From contig CBDDJQ010000013.1 in NCBI GenBank assembly GCA_965229825.1, positions 1,030,282-1,094,281 of the forward strand: a stretch of DNA of 64,000 nt, given 5' to 3'. Origin of the DNA: Vicinamibacterales bacterium (GTDB lineage Bacteria; Acidobacteriota; Vicinamibacteria; Vicinamibacterales; UBA8438). The notes beneath the pieces are model-generated. The model was not told the origin of the DNA, made no database searches, and worked only from the letters and a program-made list of their open reading frames with translations. Made by a program: the position numbers and the translations under genes. This document shows, one piece after another, positions 18,015 to 35,923 of this stretch; the stretch's first letter is position 1, and every line of letters begins with the position of its first letter.

Positions 18015-19178
18015 ATGGTGACCGCCATCATCGCCGCCGGCGGGGCCGGGACCCGTCTGGGCGCCGGCCGGCCCAAGCAGTTGGTGCGTCTTGGCGGCGC
18101 CACCATCCTGCAGCGTTCGGTAGAGGCGTTCGACCGGTGCGATCGGGTCGACGAGATCGTGCTCGTGCTGCCGTCCGCGCTGATTGGCGGTCCCGCGCTG
18201 GTCGACACCCCGAACGGCACGCCATTGCGGATCGTCGCCGGCGGTGCGCGGAGGCAGGATTCGGTGGCGAGAGGATTCGAGGCGGCGACAGCGAGCGACA
18301 TCGTCGTCGTGCACGATGCGGCCCGGCCGTTCTGTTCGTCCGCGCTGATCGTGCGCACCATCGATGCCGCCCGGCGCCATGGCGCCGCGGTCGCCGCTCT
18401 CCCGGTTCAGGACACCCTGAAGCAGCGCTCGGTCGGGGCGGGCCGGTTCGTGGGCCGCACCCTGGCGCGCGACCGGATCGTACAGGCGCAAACCCCGCAG
18501 GCATTTCGCGCCGGCATTCTGGCCGAGGCGATTCGGTCTGGCCGGACCGGCGTGGAGGCCACGGACGAGGCGGGGCTCGCCGAACGAGCCGGGCATCGGG
18601 TGGCGCTCGTGGAGGGCGACCCCTGGAACATCAAGATCACGACCGAGCGGGACCTCGCCATTGCCCGGCGATTCGTGGAGGAGACCATGGCGACCGGCCG
18701 TGTCGGGCTCGGGTACGACCTGCATCGTTTCACGGCCGGGGGGCCGTTACGGCTCGGTGGGGTCCTGATTCCGCATGACCGCGGGCTGGTGGGGCATTCC
18801 GATGCCGATGCGGTCTGTCACGCGGTGACCGACGCGATTCTCGGTGCGGCCGCGGCGGGCGACATCGGCCGCCACTTTCCGGATACCGATCCCCGGTGGA
18901 AGGGGGCGTCGAGCATCGCGTTGCTGCGGACGGCGGTGGGTCTGGCTCGCTCCCGCGGATTCGTCGTGGTCAATCTGGATGTAGTGGTGGTGACCGAGCA
19001 TCCCCGGATAGCCCCCCATGTCGAGCGCATGCGGGAGGCGCTCGCGTCCGCCGTCGGCGTCGAGCCGGACGCGGTCGGCATCAAGGGCAAGACGAGCGAG
19101 GGCGTCGGGGCGACGGGCCGCGGCGAGGCCCTGGCGGTGCACGCGGTCGCCATGCTGGATGCCGCCCCGGCCGCCTGA
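18015..19178 (+). CDS. ispDF: Bifunctional IspD/IspF (MEP cytidylyltransferase / MEcPP synthase)
   Basis: N-terminal half MVTAIIAAGGAGTRLG..PKQ. C-terminal half GLGYDLHRF....LRLGGVLIPHDRGLVGHSDADAVCHAVTDAILGA. Confidence 0.9.
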   Translation: MVTAIIAAGGAGTRLGAGRPKQLVRLGGATILQRSVEAFDRCDRVDEIVLVLPSALIGGPALVDTPNGTPLRIVAGGARRQDSVARGFEAATASDIVVVHDAARPFCSSALIVRTIDAARRHGAAVAALPVQDTLKQRSVGAGRFVGRTLARDRIVQAQTPQAFRAGILAEAIRSGRTGVEATDEAGLAERAGHRVALVEGDPWNIKITTERDLAIARRFVEETMATGRVGLGYDLHRFTAGGPLRLGGVLIPHDRGLVGHSDADAVCHAVTDAILGAAAAGDIGRHFPDTDPRWKGASSIALLRTAVGLARSRGFVVVNLDVVVVTEHPRIAPHVERMREALASAVGVEPDAVGIKGKTSEGVGATGRGEALAVHAVAMLDAAPAA

Positions 19179-19226
19179 ACCAACGATGGCCGGTCCGGTC
19201 TTCCGGCGAGGGGGGGGTGAGGCATC

Positions 19227-19958
19227 GTGATCGTCTACGGCATCAACCCGGTGCTGGAGGCGTTGCGGGCGGAGCGGGTTCGGACCGTCCGTCTGGCGGC
19301 GGTCTCCCGCAAGACGGCGGAGATTCGCAGGTTCGCGCAGCAGAGCGGCATACCAGTGATTCGGGTCTCTCCGGCGGCGCTCGACCAGATGGTGGGAGGC
19401 GCGGTGCATCAGGGGGTGGCGGCGGAAGTCGCCCCGCCGGAGCCGGTGACCCTGGAGGCGTTGATTGGTGGTCTGCGCGATCCCGCGCTGTTGCTCGTGC
19501 TCGACGGGATCGAGGATCCCCGAAATCTGGGGGCGATCCTGCGCAGCGCCGAGGCGGCCGCGGTCGACGGCGTCATCCGGCAGACGCGGCGGGCCGCGCC
19601 GGTCGGACCGGTCGCGAAGTCGTCGGCCGGCGCGATTTCCTACGTGCGGCTGGTATCCGTCGTCAATATTGCCCGTGCGCTGACCACCTTGAAGGCGGCC
19701 GGGGTGTGGACGGTAGGGCTCGAGGCGGGTGGAGGCGACCTGTATCGAGACGTCGATCTGACCCTGCCTACCGCCTTCGTGCTCGGCAGCGAGGGGCGCG
19801 GATTGCGGCGCCTCGTCCGGGAGCGGTGCGATCGCGTGGCGTCGATCCCGATGCTCGGCCGCGTGAACAGCCTCAACGTTGCGGTGGCGGCCGGTATCGC
19901 GCTGTTCGAAGCGGTGCGTCAACGGCGCAGCGGTGTGGCTGGCGTCCCGGATGCATGA
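19227..19958 (+). CDS. rlmB: SpoU/TrmH-family rRNA 2'-O-methyltransferase (RlmB-like)
   Basis: GTG start. VYGINPVLEAL..., then DGIEDPRNLGAILRSAEA and SLNVAVAAGIALFE SPOUT motifs. Confidence 0.8.
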   Translation: MIVYGINPVLEALRAERVRTVRLAAVSRKTAEIRRFAQQSGIPVIRVSPAALDQMVGGAVHQGVAAEVAPPEPVTLEALIGGLRDPALLLVLDGIEDPRNLGAILRSAEAAAVDGVIRQTRRAAPVGPVAKSSAGAISYVRLVSVVNIARALTTLKAAGVWTVGLEAGGGDLYRDVDLTLPTAFVLGSEGRGLRRLVRERCDRVASIPMLGRVNSLNVAVAAGIALFEAVRQRRSGVAGVPDA

Positions 19959-19967
19959 AGATGCATC

Positions 19968-19997
19968 TTGCGTCGGGGAGTAAAATCGTGCTAAATT
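19968..19997 (+). promoter_or_regulatory. Candidate promoter of the tRNA-tuf transcription unit
   Basis: TTGCGT (19968-19973), 18-nt spacer, TAAATT (19992-19997), ending 15 nt before tRNA-Thr. The AT-rich -10 is conspicuous in GC-rich DNA. Confidence 0.45.
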
Positions 19998-20012
19998 CTA
20001 CCGTTTGGTCCG

Positions 20013-20089
20013 GCTGGCGTAGCTCAGTCCGGTAGAGCGGCTGATTTGTAATCAGCGGGTCGGGGGTTCGAATCCCTTCGCCAGCTCCA
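20013..20089 (+). tRNA. tRNA-Thr (anticodon TGT)
   Basis: Acceptor GCTGGCG/CGCCAGC, anticodon stem GCTGA/TCAGC, loop TTTGTAA, TTCGAAT T-loop, encoded CCA. Confidence 0.9.
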
Positions 20090-20235
20090 GCGGATTGTTT
20101 CCACGTGACAGGTGGGTATCAGGGTCGGTGTTATCTGCCGTTGCGAGGTGACCACGGCATCGGTGTCCGTCCGCCGCGCAGCGTCGGCCTGGAGCGTGTA
20201 TCGCGAGTGTTTTCGGCTGAATCGTTGTGGGATAC

Positions 20236-20322
20236 GGCGAGGTTGCGGAGCGGTCAAACGCAACAGACTGTAAATCTGTCGCCCTAGCGGCTTCGGAGGT
20301 TCGAATCCTCCCCTCGCCACCA
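20236..20322 (+). tRNA. tRNA-Tyr (anticodon GTA)
   Basis: Acceptor GGCGAGG/CCTCGCC, anticodon loop CTGTAAA, long variable arm, TTCGAAT T-loop, encoded CCA. Confidence 0.9.
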
Positions 20323-20391
20323 GTTTCGCCCGGCACGAGCCGGCGGCATGGCGAAGCTGGTCCGTAGGCCACGACGGCAGGAGCCGCGAAG

Positions 20392-20466
20392 GCGGGAGTA
20401 ACTCAGTGGTAGAGTCACAGCCTTCCAAGCTGTTGGTCGCGGGTTCGATCCCCGTCTCCCGCTCCA
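20392..20466 (+). tRNA. tRNA-Gly (anticodon TCC)
   Basis: Acceptor GCGGGAG/CTCCCGC, anticodon stem ACAGC/GCTGT, loop CTTCCAA, TTCGATC T-loop, encoded CCA. Confidence 0.9.
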
Positions 20467-20581
20467 GTTTCGCGCGTGCGGCAGCGTCGCCGGACGGGGC
20501 GAGCGCGCCTCGTCGGCAATCTGCCGTGACATAGAGGGACGTGGCCGTCTCGGCGCGGGGCGGCGGGGCGTGCGGCGGCAT

Positions 20582-20657
<76 letters not shown>

Positions 20658-20759
20658 GCCGCGATCACGCGATTGGAGGCCGCCCGTGTCGGGAGGCGGG
20701 GGTAGCGCGGTGAAAGGCGCCTTCGGGTGCAGGGTTTTGTTTCGAGAGCGAGCGAATAC

Positions 20760-21947
20760 ATGGCGAAGGAAAAGTTCGACCGGTCGAAACCGCATGTGAA
20801 CATCGGTACGATCGGGCACATCGACCACGGGAAGACGACGTTGACGGCTGCGATCACGTCTGTGCTGGCGAAGCACGATCCGAAGAACGCGGTTCGTTCG
20901 TTCGACTCGATCGACAACGCTCCGGAGGAACGGGAGCGAGGGATCACGATCGCGACGGCGCACGTGGAGTACACGACGGCGGCGCGCCACTACGCGCACG
21001 TGGACTGTCCGGGGCATGCGGATTACATCAAGAACATGATCACGGGTGCGGCCCAGATGGACGGGGCGATCCTGGTGGTTGCGGCGACCGACGGGGTGAT
21101 GCCGCAGACGCGGGAGCACATTTTGCTGGCTCGTCAGGTTGGGGTTCCGTCGTTGGTCGTGTTCATGAACAAGGTGGACATGGTGGACGACGAGGAGCTT
21201 CTGGATCTGGTGGAGCTGGAGGTTCGGGAGCTGCTGTCGTCGTATGAGTTTCCGGGCGACGACCTTCCGGTGGTTCGGGGTTCTGCGCTGAAGGCCCTGG
21301 AAGGCGACGAAGCGTATACGGGCTGCATCGACGAGTTGATGTCTTCGGTTGACGACTATGTTCCGCTTCCGGTGCGCGACGTTGACAAGCCGTTTCTGAT
21401 GCCGATCGAGGACGTGTTCTCGATCTTGGGTCGCGGGACGGTGGTGACGGGGCGTGTGGATCGGGGCATCGTGAAGGTGAGCGAAGAGATCGAGATCGTT
21501 GGTTTCCAGGAGACGCAGAAGAAGGTCGTCACCGGTGTGGAGATGTTCCGGAAGCTGCTGGACGAGGGTGTGGCCGGGGATAACATCGGAGTTTTGCTGC
21601 GTGGCCTTGAGAAGGACGATGTGGAGCGTGGCCAGGTTCTGGCGAAGCCGAAGTCGATCACGCCGCATACGAAGTTCAAGGGTGAGGTTTACGTTTTGAC
21701 GAAGGACGAAGGCGGTCGTCACACGCCGTTCTTCAACGGGTATCGGCCTCAGTTCTACCTGCGGACGACGGACGTGACGGGGGTTGCGACGTTGCCGGAC
21801 GGTGTGGAGATGGTGATGCCGGGTGACAACGTGGCGATGGAAGTGGAGTTGATCACGCCGGTGGCGCTGGAGAAGGGGCTGCGATTCGCGATTCGTGAAG
21901 GTGGCCGCACGGTCGGGTCGGGGGCCATCACCGACATCATCGAATAG
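20760..21947 (+). CDS. tuf: Elongation factor Tu, copy 1
   Basis: 395 aa [28 protein letters not shown]... Apparently identical to copy 2 (38044..39231) except codon 393 (ATC Ile versus GTC Val). Confidence 0.97.
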   Translation: MAKEKFDRSKPHVNIGTIGHIDHGKTTLTAAITSVLAKHDPKNAVRSFDSIDNAPEERERGITIATAHVEYTTAARHYAHVDCPGHADYIKNMITGAAQMDGAILVVAATDGVMPQTREHILLARQVGVPSLVVFMNKVDMVDDEELLDLVELEVRELLSSYEFPGDDLPVVRGSALKALEGDEAYTGCIDELMSSVDDYVPLPVRDVDKPFLMPIEDVFSILGRGTVVTGRVDRGIVKVSEEIEIVGFQETQKKVVTGVEMFRKLLDEGVAGDNIGVLLRGLEKDDVERGQVLAKPKSITPHTKFKGEVYVLTKDEGGRHTPFFNGYRPQFYLRTTDVTGVATLPDGVEMVMPGDNVAMEVELITPVALEKGLRFAIREGGRTVGSGAITDIIE

Positions 21948-22002
21948 CCGCGGCGCGCGGCGTCTCGAAGGCACGCGCCCTGGTGTGGAGTAGCCCAAAA
22001 CC

Positions 22003-22152
22003 ATGCGGGACATCATTTCGTTGGCGTGCACGGACTGCAAACGCCGCAACTACAGCACGACCAAGAACAAGCGGAAGACCACCGGGCGGCTCGAGTTCAA
22101 GAAGTACTGCCGCTGGTGTCGCACGCACACCGTACACCGGGAGTCGAAATAG
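22003..22152 (+). CDS. rpmG: 50S ribosomal protein L33 (Cys4 zinc form)
   Basis: Translated by hand, too short for the ORF track: [49 protein letters not shown]. Sits between tuf and tRNA-Trp/secE. Confidence 0.9.
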   Translation: MRDIISLACTDCKRRNYSTTKNKRKTTGRLEFKKYCRWCRTHTVHRESK

Positions 22153-22273
22153 CCATATACGGACCGTAGCGGGATTCCAGGCTCGCGCCACCCGGCCCGG
22201 CGATGTTGGCTGGATCGGTCGACGAACGAGTCGGCCGGGCAGCGGAGGTTCCGAGCAGGGACACCAGGAGCAT

Positions 22274-22349
22274 AGGCCAGTAGCTCAATTGGCAGAGCAC
22301 CGGTCTCCAAAACCGGGGGTTGGGGGTTCGATTCCCTCCTGGCCTGCCA
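22274..22349 (+). tRNA. tRNA-Trp (anticodon CCA)
   Basis: Acceptor AGGCCAG/CTGGCCT, anticodon stem ACCGG/CCGGG, loop TCTCCAAAA, TTCGATT T-loop, encoded CCA. Confidence 0.9.
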
Positions 22350-22457
22350 CACGCGTCCGGAGGGACCGGCCCGGCGCACGTTCAGCGCACGCGCACGCAT
22401 GAAAGGATCGGGCAGTTCGTGAAGACAGCACGACTCGACAACGTCAGAGACGCATCG

Positions 22458-22673
22458 ATGCACGTTACCGGGTGGTTCGGTCGGGCTCGCGTCTTTCTCG
22501 CCCAGGTCAAGAACGAGATGGAGCGGGTGACGTGGCCGACCCGCAAGGAGGTCTATGCCACCACGCTGGTCGTCATCCTGACCTCGGTGTTCTTCGGAAT
22601 GTATCTCTGGAGCATCGACCTGGTCCTGACCCGGATTGCCAGACTCATTTTCGAAACGTTCGGAGCGCAATGA
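22458..22673 (+). CDS. secE: Preprotein translocase subunit SecE
   Basis: Single-TM SecE: ...[48 protein letters not shown] 22458, with GTG 22419 as an alternative. ATGA overlap with nusG. Confidence 0.85.
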   Translation: MHVTGWFGRARVFLAQVKNEMERVTWPTRKEVYATTLVVILTSVFFGMYLWSIDLVLTRIARLIFETFGAQ

Positions 22674-23212
22674 CCGACGTCAGCACCCGGCAGTGGTACA
22701 TCGTGCACACCTACTCGGGGTTCGAGAAGAAGGTCTCCGAGTCGCTCCGGCAACGGGTACTGGCCTACGGGCTGCAGACCGACATCGGCGAGGTGCTCAT
22801 CCCGACCGAAGACGTTGTCGAGATGCGAGGGGGCAAGCGGGTCGTCAGCTCGAAGCGGTTCTTCCCGGGTTACATCCTGATCGAGATGAACATGTCCGAC
22901 CAGGCGTGGCACGTGGTGCGGAATACCCCGAAGGTCACCGGGTTCGTCGGCGCAGGCTCGAAGCCGACGCCGCTGACGCAGGAGGAAGTGGACCAGATTC
23001 TGCTCCAGGTGACGGTTGCGGCAGAAAAGCCGAAACCGAAATACACGTTCGAGAAAGGCGACCAGGTGCGCATCAACGAGGGGCCGTTCAACAGCTTCAA
23101 CGGTGTCGTCGACGATGTCAATCTGGATCGGAACACGTTGAGGGTCATGGTGACGATCTTCGGGCGATCGACCCCGGTGGAGCTCGATTTCCTGCAGGTC
23201 GAGAAGCAGTAG
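22670..23212 (+). CDS. nusG: Transcription termination/antitermination factor NusG
   Basis: [22 protein letters not shown]... (NGN domain) and a C-terminal KOW domain [21 protein letters not shown]. Confidence 0.95.
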   Translation: MTDVSTRQWYIVHTYSGFEKKVSESLRQRVLAYGLQTDIGEVLIPTEDVVEMRGGKRVVSSKRFFPGYILIEMNMSDQAWHVVRNTPKVTGFVGAGSKPTPLTQEEVDQILLQVTVAAEKPKPKYTFEKGDQVRINEGPFNSFNGVVDDVNLDRNTLRVMVTIFGRSTPVELDFLQVEKQ

Positions 23213-23389
23213 GAGTCGGCTTCGCGACAGCGGAGGCGACTCCGGCCGGTTTGGTTGGGTGGGGAAGCGGCGCCGGAAGGCGGCGGTTTCCGGGCGAGGC
23301 GCGCTCTGCGCCATGCGGCACGGCGCGGCGGCGGCCGGATGCCGGCGTACGTATTCGTGCGGGTGCGATGATTCGGAGGTTGGACGGAT

Positions 23390-23815
23390 ATGGCGAAGAA
23401 GGTGATCGGGATGGTCAAGCTCCAGATCGCGGCCGGCAAGGCGACACCAGCCCCCCCGGTCGGGACCGCGCTCGGCCCGCACGGCGTCAACATCATGGAC
23501 TTCTGCAAGACCTTCAATGCCAGAACCGCCAGCCAGGAAGGGCTCGTCATTCCGGCGGTGGTGACGATTTACGCGGATCGGACCCTCAGCTTCATCACGA
23601 AGACCCCGCCGGCCGCGATATTGCTCAAGCGGGCGGCCAATATCGCCAAGGGCTCCGCAGAGCCGAATCGCGACAAGGTCGGCACCGTGACCCTGGCGCA
23701 AGTCGAGGAAATCGCGAAGACCAAGATGCCGGACCTGAACTCCAATGATCTGGCCGGGGCGGTGAAGGTGGTGGCGGGCACGGCCCGCTCCATGGGGCTC
23801 GACATCGCAGGCTAG
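23390..23815 (+). CDS. rplK: 50S ribosomal protein L11
   Basis: [43 protein letters not shown]... Confidence 0.97.
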   Translation: MAKKVIGMVKLQIAAGKATPAPPVGTALGPHGVNIMDFCKTFNARTASQEGLVIPAVVTIYADRTLSFITKTPPAAILLKRAANIAKGSAEPNRDKVGTVTLAQVEEIAKTKMPDLNSNDLAGAVKVVAGTARSMGLDIAG

Positions 23816-23879
23816 GAGTCCGTGGTCACGGGCATTCGGGGAGCCGACGGTACGCCGGGTGTTGCCGGAGAGGGCAGAG

Positions 23880-24581
23880 ATGGCGAGAAAGAGCAGGAAA
23901 TTCAGGGCTGCGGCCGAGCAGGTCGAGGATCGGCTGTACGACTTGGCCGAGGCGATGCCGCTCCTCCAGAGAGTCGGGTACGCGGGCTTCGACGAGGCGG
24001 TCGAGGTGGCGCTCCGTTTGGGTGTGAATCCGAAACATGCCGATCAGATGGTCCGGGGCACGGTCATCCTGCCGCACGGGCTGGGTCGGTCCAAGCGGGT
24101 GCTGGTGATCGCCGGCGGTGAGAAGCAGAAGGAAGCCGAAGAGGCCGGCGCGGACGTCGTCGGCGGCGAGGAAATGGTCGAACGCATCCAGGGCGGATGG
24201 TTGGAGTTCGATGCCGTCGTCGCCACGCCCGACATGATGCGGGTGGTCGGGAAGCTGGGCAGGGTGCTGGGACCGCGGGGGTTGATGCCGAATCCGAAGA
24301 CCGGAACGGTGACGTTCGAGGTGGCCCAGGCGGTGAAGGAAATCAAGGCCGGAAAGGTCAACTACCGCGTCGACAAGGCTGGTGTCGTGCATGCGCCGGT
24401 CGGTCGATGTTCTTTCGATGCCGGCGCCCTTGTCGAGAACGCCGAAGCGTTGATGACCAGCGTCATTCGCGCCAAACCGTCGGCGGCGCGGGGCAAGTAC
24501 GTTCGAAGCGTGACCGTGTCTTCGACCATGGGGCCCGGGGTCAAGATCGACGCGTCGAAAGTCGATACCCTGGTGGGGTGA
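23880..24581 (+). CDS. rplA: 50S ribosomal protein L1
   Basis: [15 protein letters not shown]...[36 protein letters not shown] 23880 is preferred over the ORF-track start 23859. Confidence 0.95.
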   Translation: MARKSRKFRAAAEQVEDRLYDLAEAMPLLQRVGYAGFDEAVEVALRLGVNPKHADQMVRGTVILPHGLGRSKRVLVIAGGEKQKEAEEAGADVVGGEEMVERIQGGWLEFDAVVATPDMMRVVGKLGRVLGPRGLMPNPKTGTVTFEVAQAVKEIKAGKVNYRVDKAGVVHAPVGRCSFDAGALVENAEALMTSVIRAKPSAARGKYVRSVTVSSTMGPGVKIDASKVDTLVG

Positions 24582-24692
24582 CGGCGGCAGTCGGGAAACT
24601 GGGTCGGACGACCACCGGCTCGTCGGTTCGCGGCGTCAGGCCGGCCTCCATGGGCGGCCGGTCATGTGAGCGTCACGAGGATACAGGAACAG

Positions 24693-25232
24693 ATGCCCGT
24701 CAGCAGAAGCGCCAAGAGTGAACGGATCGGGGAGTTGAGCGACGTACTGGCCAGCGCGGAGAGCGTGGTTCTCCTCGACTTCAGCGGATTGGACGTGCCG
24801 ACGGTCACCGAGTTGCGGCGCCAGGTTCGCGCCGCGCGGGGCGGCTATCGCGTGGTCAAGAACACGCTGGCCCGGCGCGCCGTGGATGGCACCGCGTTCG
24901 AGCCGCTGCGGGATTCGTTTCGAGGGACCACCGCGCTCGCGTATACCGACGAGGACCCCGCCGGGCTGGCGAAAGCCCTCGTGACCTTTGCCAAGACGGC
25001 GCCCGAGCTGAAGGTGAAGACGGGTATGGTGTCGGGAAAGCAGATCGCCGCGGCGGACGTCGAGAGCCTCGCGACCCTGCCCGGCAAGGAAGAGTTGCAG
25101 GCGATGCTGCTCAGGCAGTTGCAGGCTCCCATGACCCAGATCGTCCGGGTGTTGAGTGCGGTGCCGCGCGACCTGGTCAGCGTGCTCGTCCAGGCGGAGA
25201 AGAAGCGATCGGAATCGGAGGAACAGGGATAG
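24693..25232 (+). CDS. rplJ: 50S ribosomal protein L10
   Basis: [46 protein letters not shown]... ATG 24693 is preceded by AGGA; GTG 24666 is an alternative. Confidence 0.92.
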   Translation: MPVSRSAKSERIGELSDVLASAESVVLLDFSGLDVPTVTELRRQVRAARGGYRVVKNTLARRAVDGTAFEPLRDSFRGTTALAYTDEDPAGLAKALVTFAKTAPELKVKTGMVSGKQIAAADVESLATLPGKEELQAMLLRQLQAPMTQIVRVLSAVPRDLVSVLVQAEKKRSESEEQG

Positions 25233-25280
25233 GTGGGCGGCAATGCCTGTCTTCCGGGGTTCTAGTGCGAGGAGTTGGTT

Positions 25281-25664
25281 ATGGCCGAAGTGACACAGGA
25301 ACAGGTTGTCGAATACATCAAGGGGATCTCGGTGCTCGAGCTCTCCGAACTCGTCAAGACCCTGGAGGAGGAGCTCGGGGTCTCCGCCGCGGCGGCGATG
25401 CCGGTGGCGGTAGCGGGCGCCCCCGGGGCCGCGGCCGAGGCGGCCGAGGAGCAGACCGAGTTCACGGTCATGCTCACGGAGATCGGGCTCAAGAAGATCA
25501 ACGTGATCAAGGCCGTTCGCGAAGTGACCAGTCTGGGGCTCAAGGAAGCCAAGGACCTGGTCGAGAGCGCGCCGACAGCGGTCAAGGAAGACATTCCCAA
25601 GGACGAAGCGGAAGCCATCGTGAAGAAGTTCGAGGGCGTGGGGGCAAAAGCCGAAGTGAAATAG
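25281..25664 (+). CDS. rplL: 50S ribosomal protein L7/L12
   Basis: [34 protein letters not shown]...Ala-rich hinge...[25 protein letters not shown] lies 7 nt upstream of ATG 25281. Confidence 0.95.
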   Translation: MAEVTQEQVVEYIKGISVLELSELVKTLEEELGVSAAAAMPVAVAGAPGAAAEAAEEQTEFTVMLTEIGLKKINVIKAVREVTSLGLKEAKDLVESAPTAVKEDIPKDEAEAIVKKFEGVGAKAEVK

Positions 25665-25960
25665 CGGCTCGTGGCGAGCGGGGTGCGCGGGTCGTCGCGC
25701 ACGCCGCCGCGATGCGGGCATTCGGGCCGGAGCCGATGCGCTTGCGCATGGCCGCGGCGCGGGAGCGCCGGCGGGTCGCGCGTCGAGCGCTCGAACCGCG
25801 GTGCACGGCGCCGGACGACACGGGGGGGACCACAGGTGACCCGCGGTTCCCGGACCGGTCCGAATTCGGGCGTTCATTGGTGGCGTACCTGGAACCGATC
25901 GAGGACGTAGCGCGCAACTTCTGAACCATCCCATCCTGGCCGCCAGTCCGAGGATGCAGA

Positions 25961-30307
<4,347 letters not shown>

Positions 30308-30340
30308 CAGCAGTCGGCTTCGCTCGGGGCAGGAGAACCC

Positions 30341-34531
<4,191 letters not shown>

Positions 34532-34584
34532 GCCCGGAGAGACCCCCGTGGACGGGTTGACGGGAGGAAAGTTCTCGTGGGCGG

Positions 34585-34613
34585 TTGCGTTGATCAGAGT
34601 CCCGTGTTAAGCT
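34585..34613 (+). promoter_or_regulatory. Candidate promoter of the str operon
   Basis: TTGCGT (34585-34590), 17-nt spacer, TAAGCT (34608-34613). It would give a ~295-nt leader before the rpsL GTG. Confidence 0.3.
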
Positions 34614-34913
34614 CGCAAGGTTTTGGGGGGGAGTTGGACACCCTATCTAGCTCCGACCCGTCAGAGAGGCGTGTGGACCACTGAGCGCGGTGAGCTCCGT
34701 GGGGCATACATGAGCTTGGCGCAACTCGCCTCTTTCTCGTTTGGAGCAGGCCCGGGGCCGACCCGCTGGGTGGCCGGGCTCTTCACGGCGCGCACACACA
34801 AATAGGGTCAATCGCTTCGGGTGCCAAGCTGTTGCTTTCAGGCCCGAGGCAGACTGTCGCAGGCGTCCCAGCCGCCGGCCGGGGTGTCGTGCCCATCGAC
34901 GCAAGGAGCGGTA

Positions 34914-35288
34914 GTGCCGACGATTAGCCAGCTCGTGAGGAAGGGGCGTTACCGGATCGAGACCAAGAGCAAGAGCCCTGCCTTGCAGCGGTCTCCCCAG
35001 CGTCGGGGCGTGTGCGTGCGGGTGTTCACGCAGACCCCGAAGAAGCCGAACTCAGCGTTGCGGAAGGTCGCCCGCGTTCGGCTGACCAATCAGATCGAGG
35101 TGACCACCTACATTCCGGGCGAAGGCCACAACCTCCAGGAACACTCTCTCGTGCTCATTCGCGGAGGGCGTGTCAAGGATCTGCCCGGGGTTCGCTATCA
35201 CGTGGTTCGCGGGACGCTGGACACCACCGGTGTGCAGGGACGGAAGCAGAGCCGGTCGAAGTACGGGGCGAAGCGGCCGAAGGCGTAG
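34914..35288 (+). CDS. rpsL: 30S ribosomal protein S12
   Basis: GTG start. (V)[56 protein letters not shown]. Confidence 0.97.
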   Translation: MPTISQLVRKGRYRIETKSKSPALQRSPQRRGVCVRVFTQTPKKPNSALRKVARVRLTNQIEVTTYIPGEGHNLQEHSLVLIRGGRVKDLPGVRYHVVRGTLDTTGVQGRKQSRSKYGAKRPKA

Positions 35289-35327
35289 AGTCTCCCGAGT
35301 CTCCGGGTTGTCGAGAAGGACATAGCC

Positions 35328-35801
35328 ATGCCACGCAGACGCGAGGTGCCGAAGCGAGAGGTGCCGCCGGATCCGCTCTACAACAGCACCTTGGTGACCA
35401 AGTTCGTGCGCACCATCATGAAGAGCGGCAAGCGCAGCACGGCGGAGGGGTTGTTGTACGGAAGCCTCGACATCATCCGGGAGCGGACCGGCGACGATCC
35501 CATCAAGGTGTTCAAGAAGGCGGTCGACAACGTGAAACCCAGCCTCGAGGTCAAGTCGAGGCGGGTCGGCGGCTCGAACTACCAGGTGCCGATCGAGGTC
35601 AATCCGAACCGCCGTCTGTCGCTGAGTCTGCGGTGGCTGTCGGGCTTCGCACGAGGCCGCAGCGACGGCAAGACGATGAGAGAGAAGCTCGCCAACGAGT
35701 TCATCGACGCGTCGAATCTTCGGGGCGGGTCGGTGAAGAGGCGCGAGGACACGCACCGGATGGCCGAGGCGAACAAGGCGTTTGCCCACTATCGGTGGTA
35801 G
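35328..35801 (+). CDS. rpsG: 30S ribosomal protein S7
   Basis: [40 protein letters not shown]...AFAHYRW. Confidence 0.97.
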   Translation: MPRRREVPKREVPPDPLYNSTLVTKFVRTIMKSGKRSTAEGLLYGSLDIIRERTGDDPIKVFKKAVDNVKPSLEVKSRRVGGSNYQVPIEVNPNRRLSLSLRWLSGFARGRSDGKTMREKLANEFIDASNLRGGSVKRREDTHRMAEANKAFAHYRW

Positions 35802-35923
35802 GACAGCGGACGCCGTCAGGCAGGATAGAAGCAGACAAAGTGGTTGGAGCCGAGTTGGAAATCGCCCCGGTGATCGCGGAACGTGGTGTCGCGCAACGCA
35901 GGCAGTCACGAACGGGCAAGGTG

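Noticed and set aside
24582-24692. Known ribosomal-protein autoregulatory leaders: the L10 leader before rplJ, the L1 site before rplK (23213-23389) and the rplL-rpoB attenuator (hairpin GTGCGCG/CGCGCAC at 25683-25702).
   Set aside because: They are plausible by position, but I cannot verify the conserved structures without covariance models, so none is reported as a feature.
34623-34904. 60-aa (plus strand) and 85-aa (minus strand) ORFs in the rpoC-rpsL spacer.
   Set aside because: No SD, no recognisable sequence, and the two overlap each other. The region is treated as non-coding; see the finding on the spacer.
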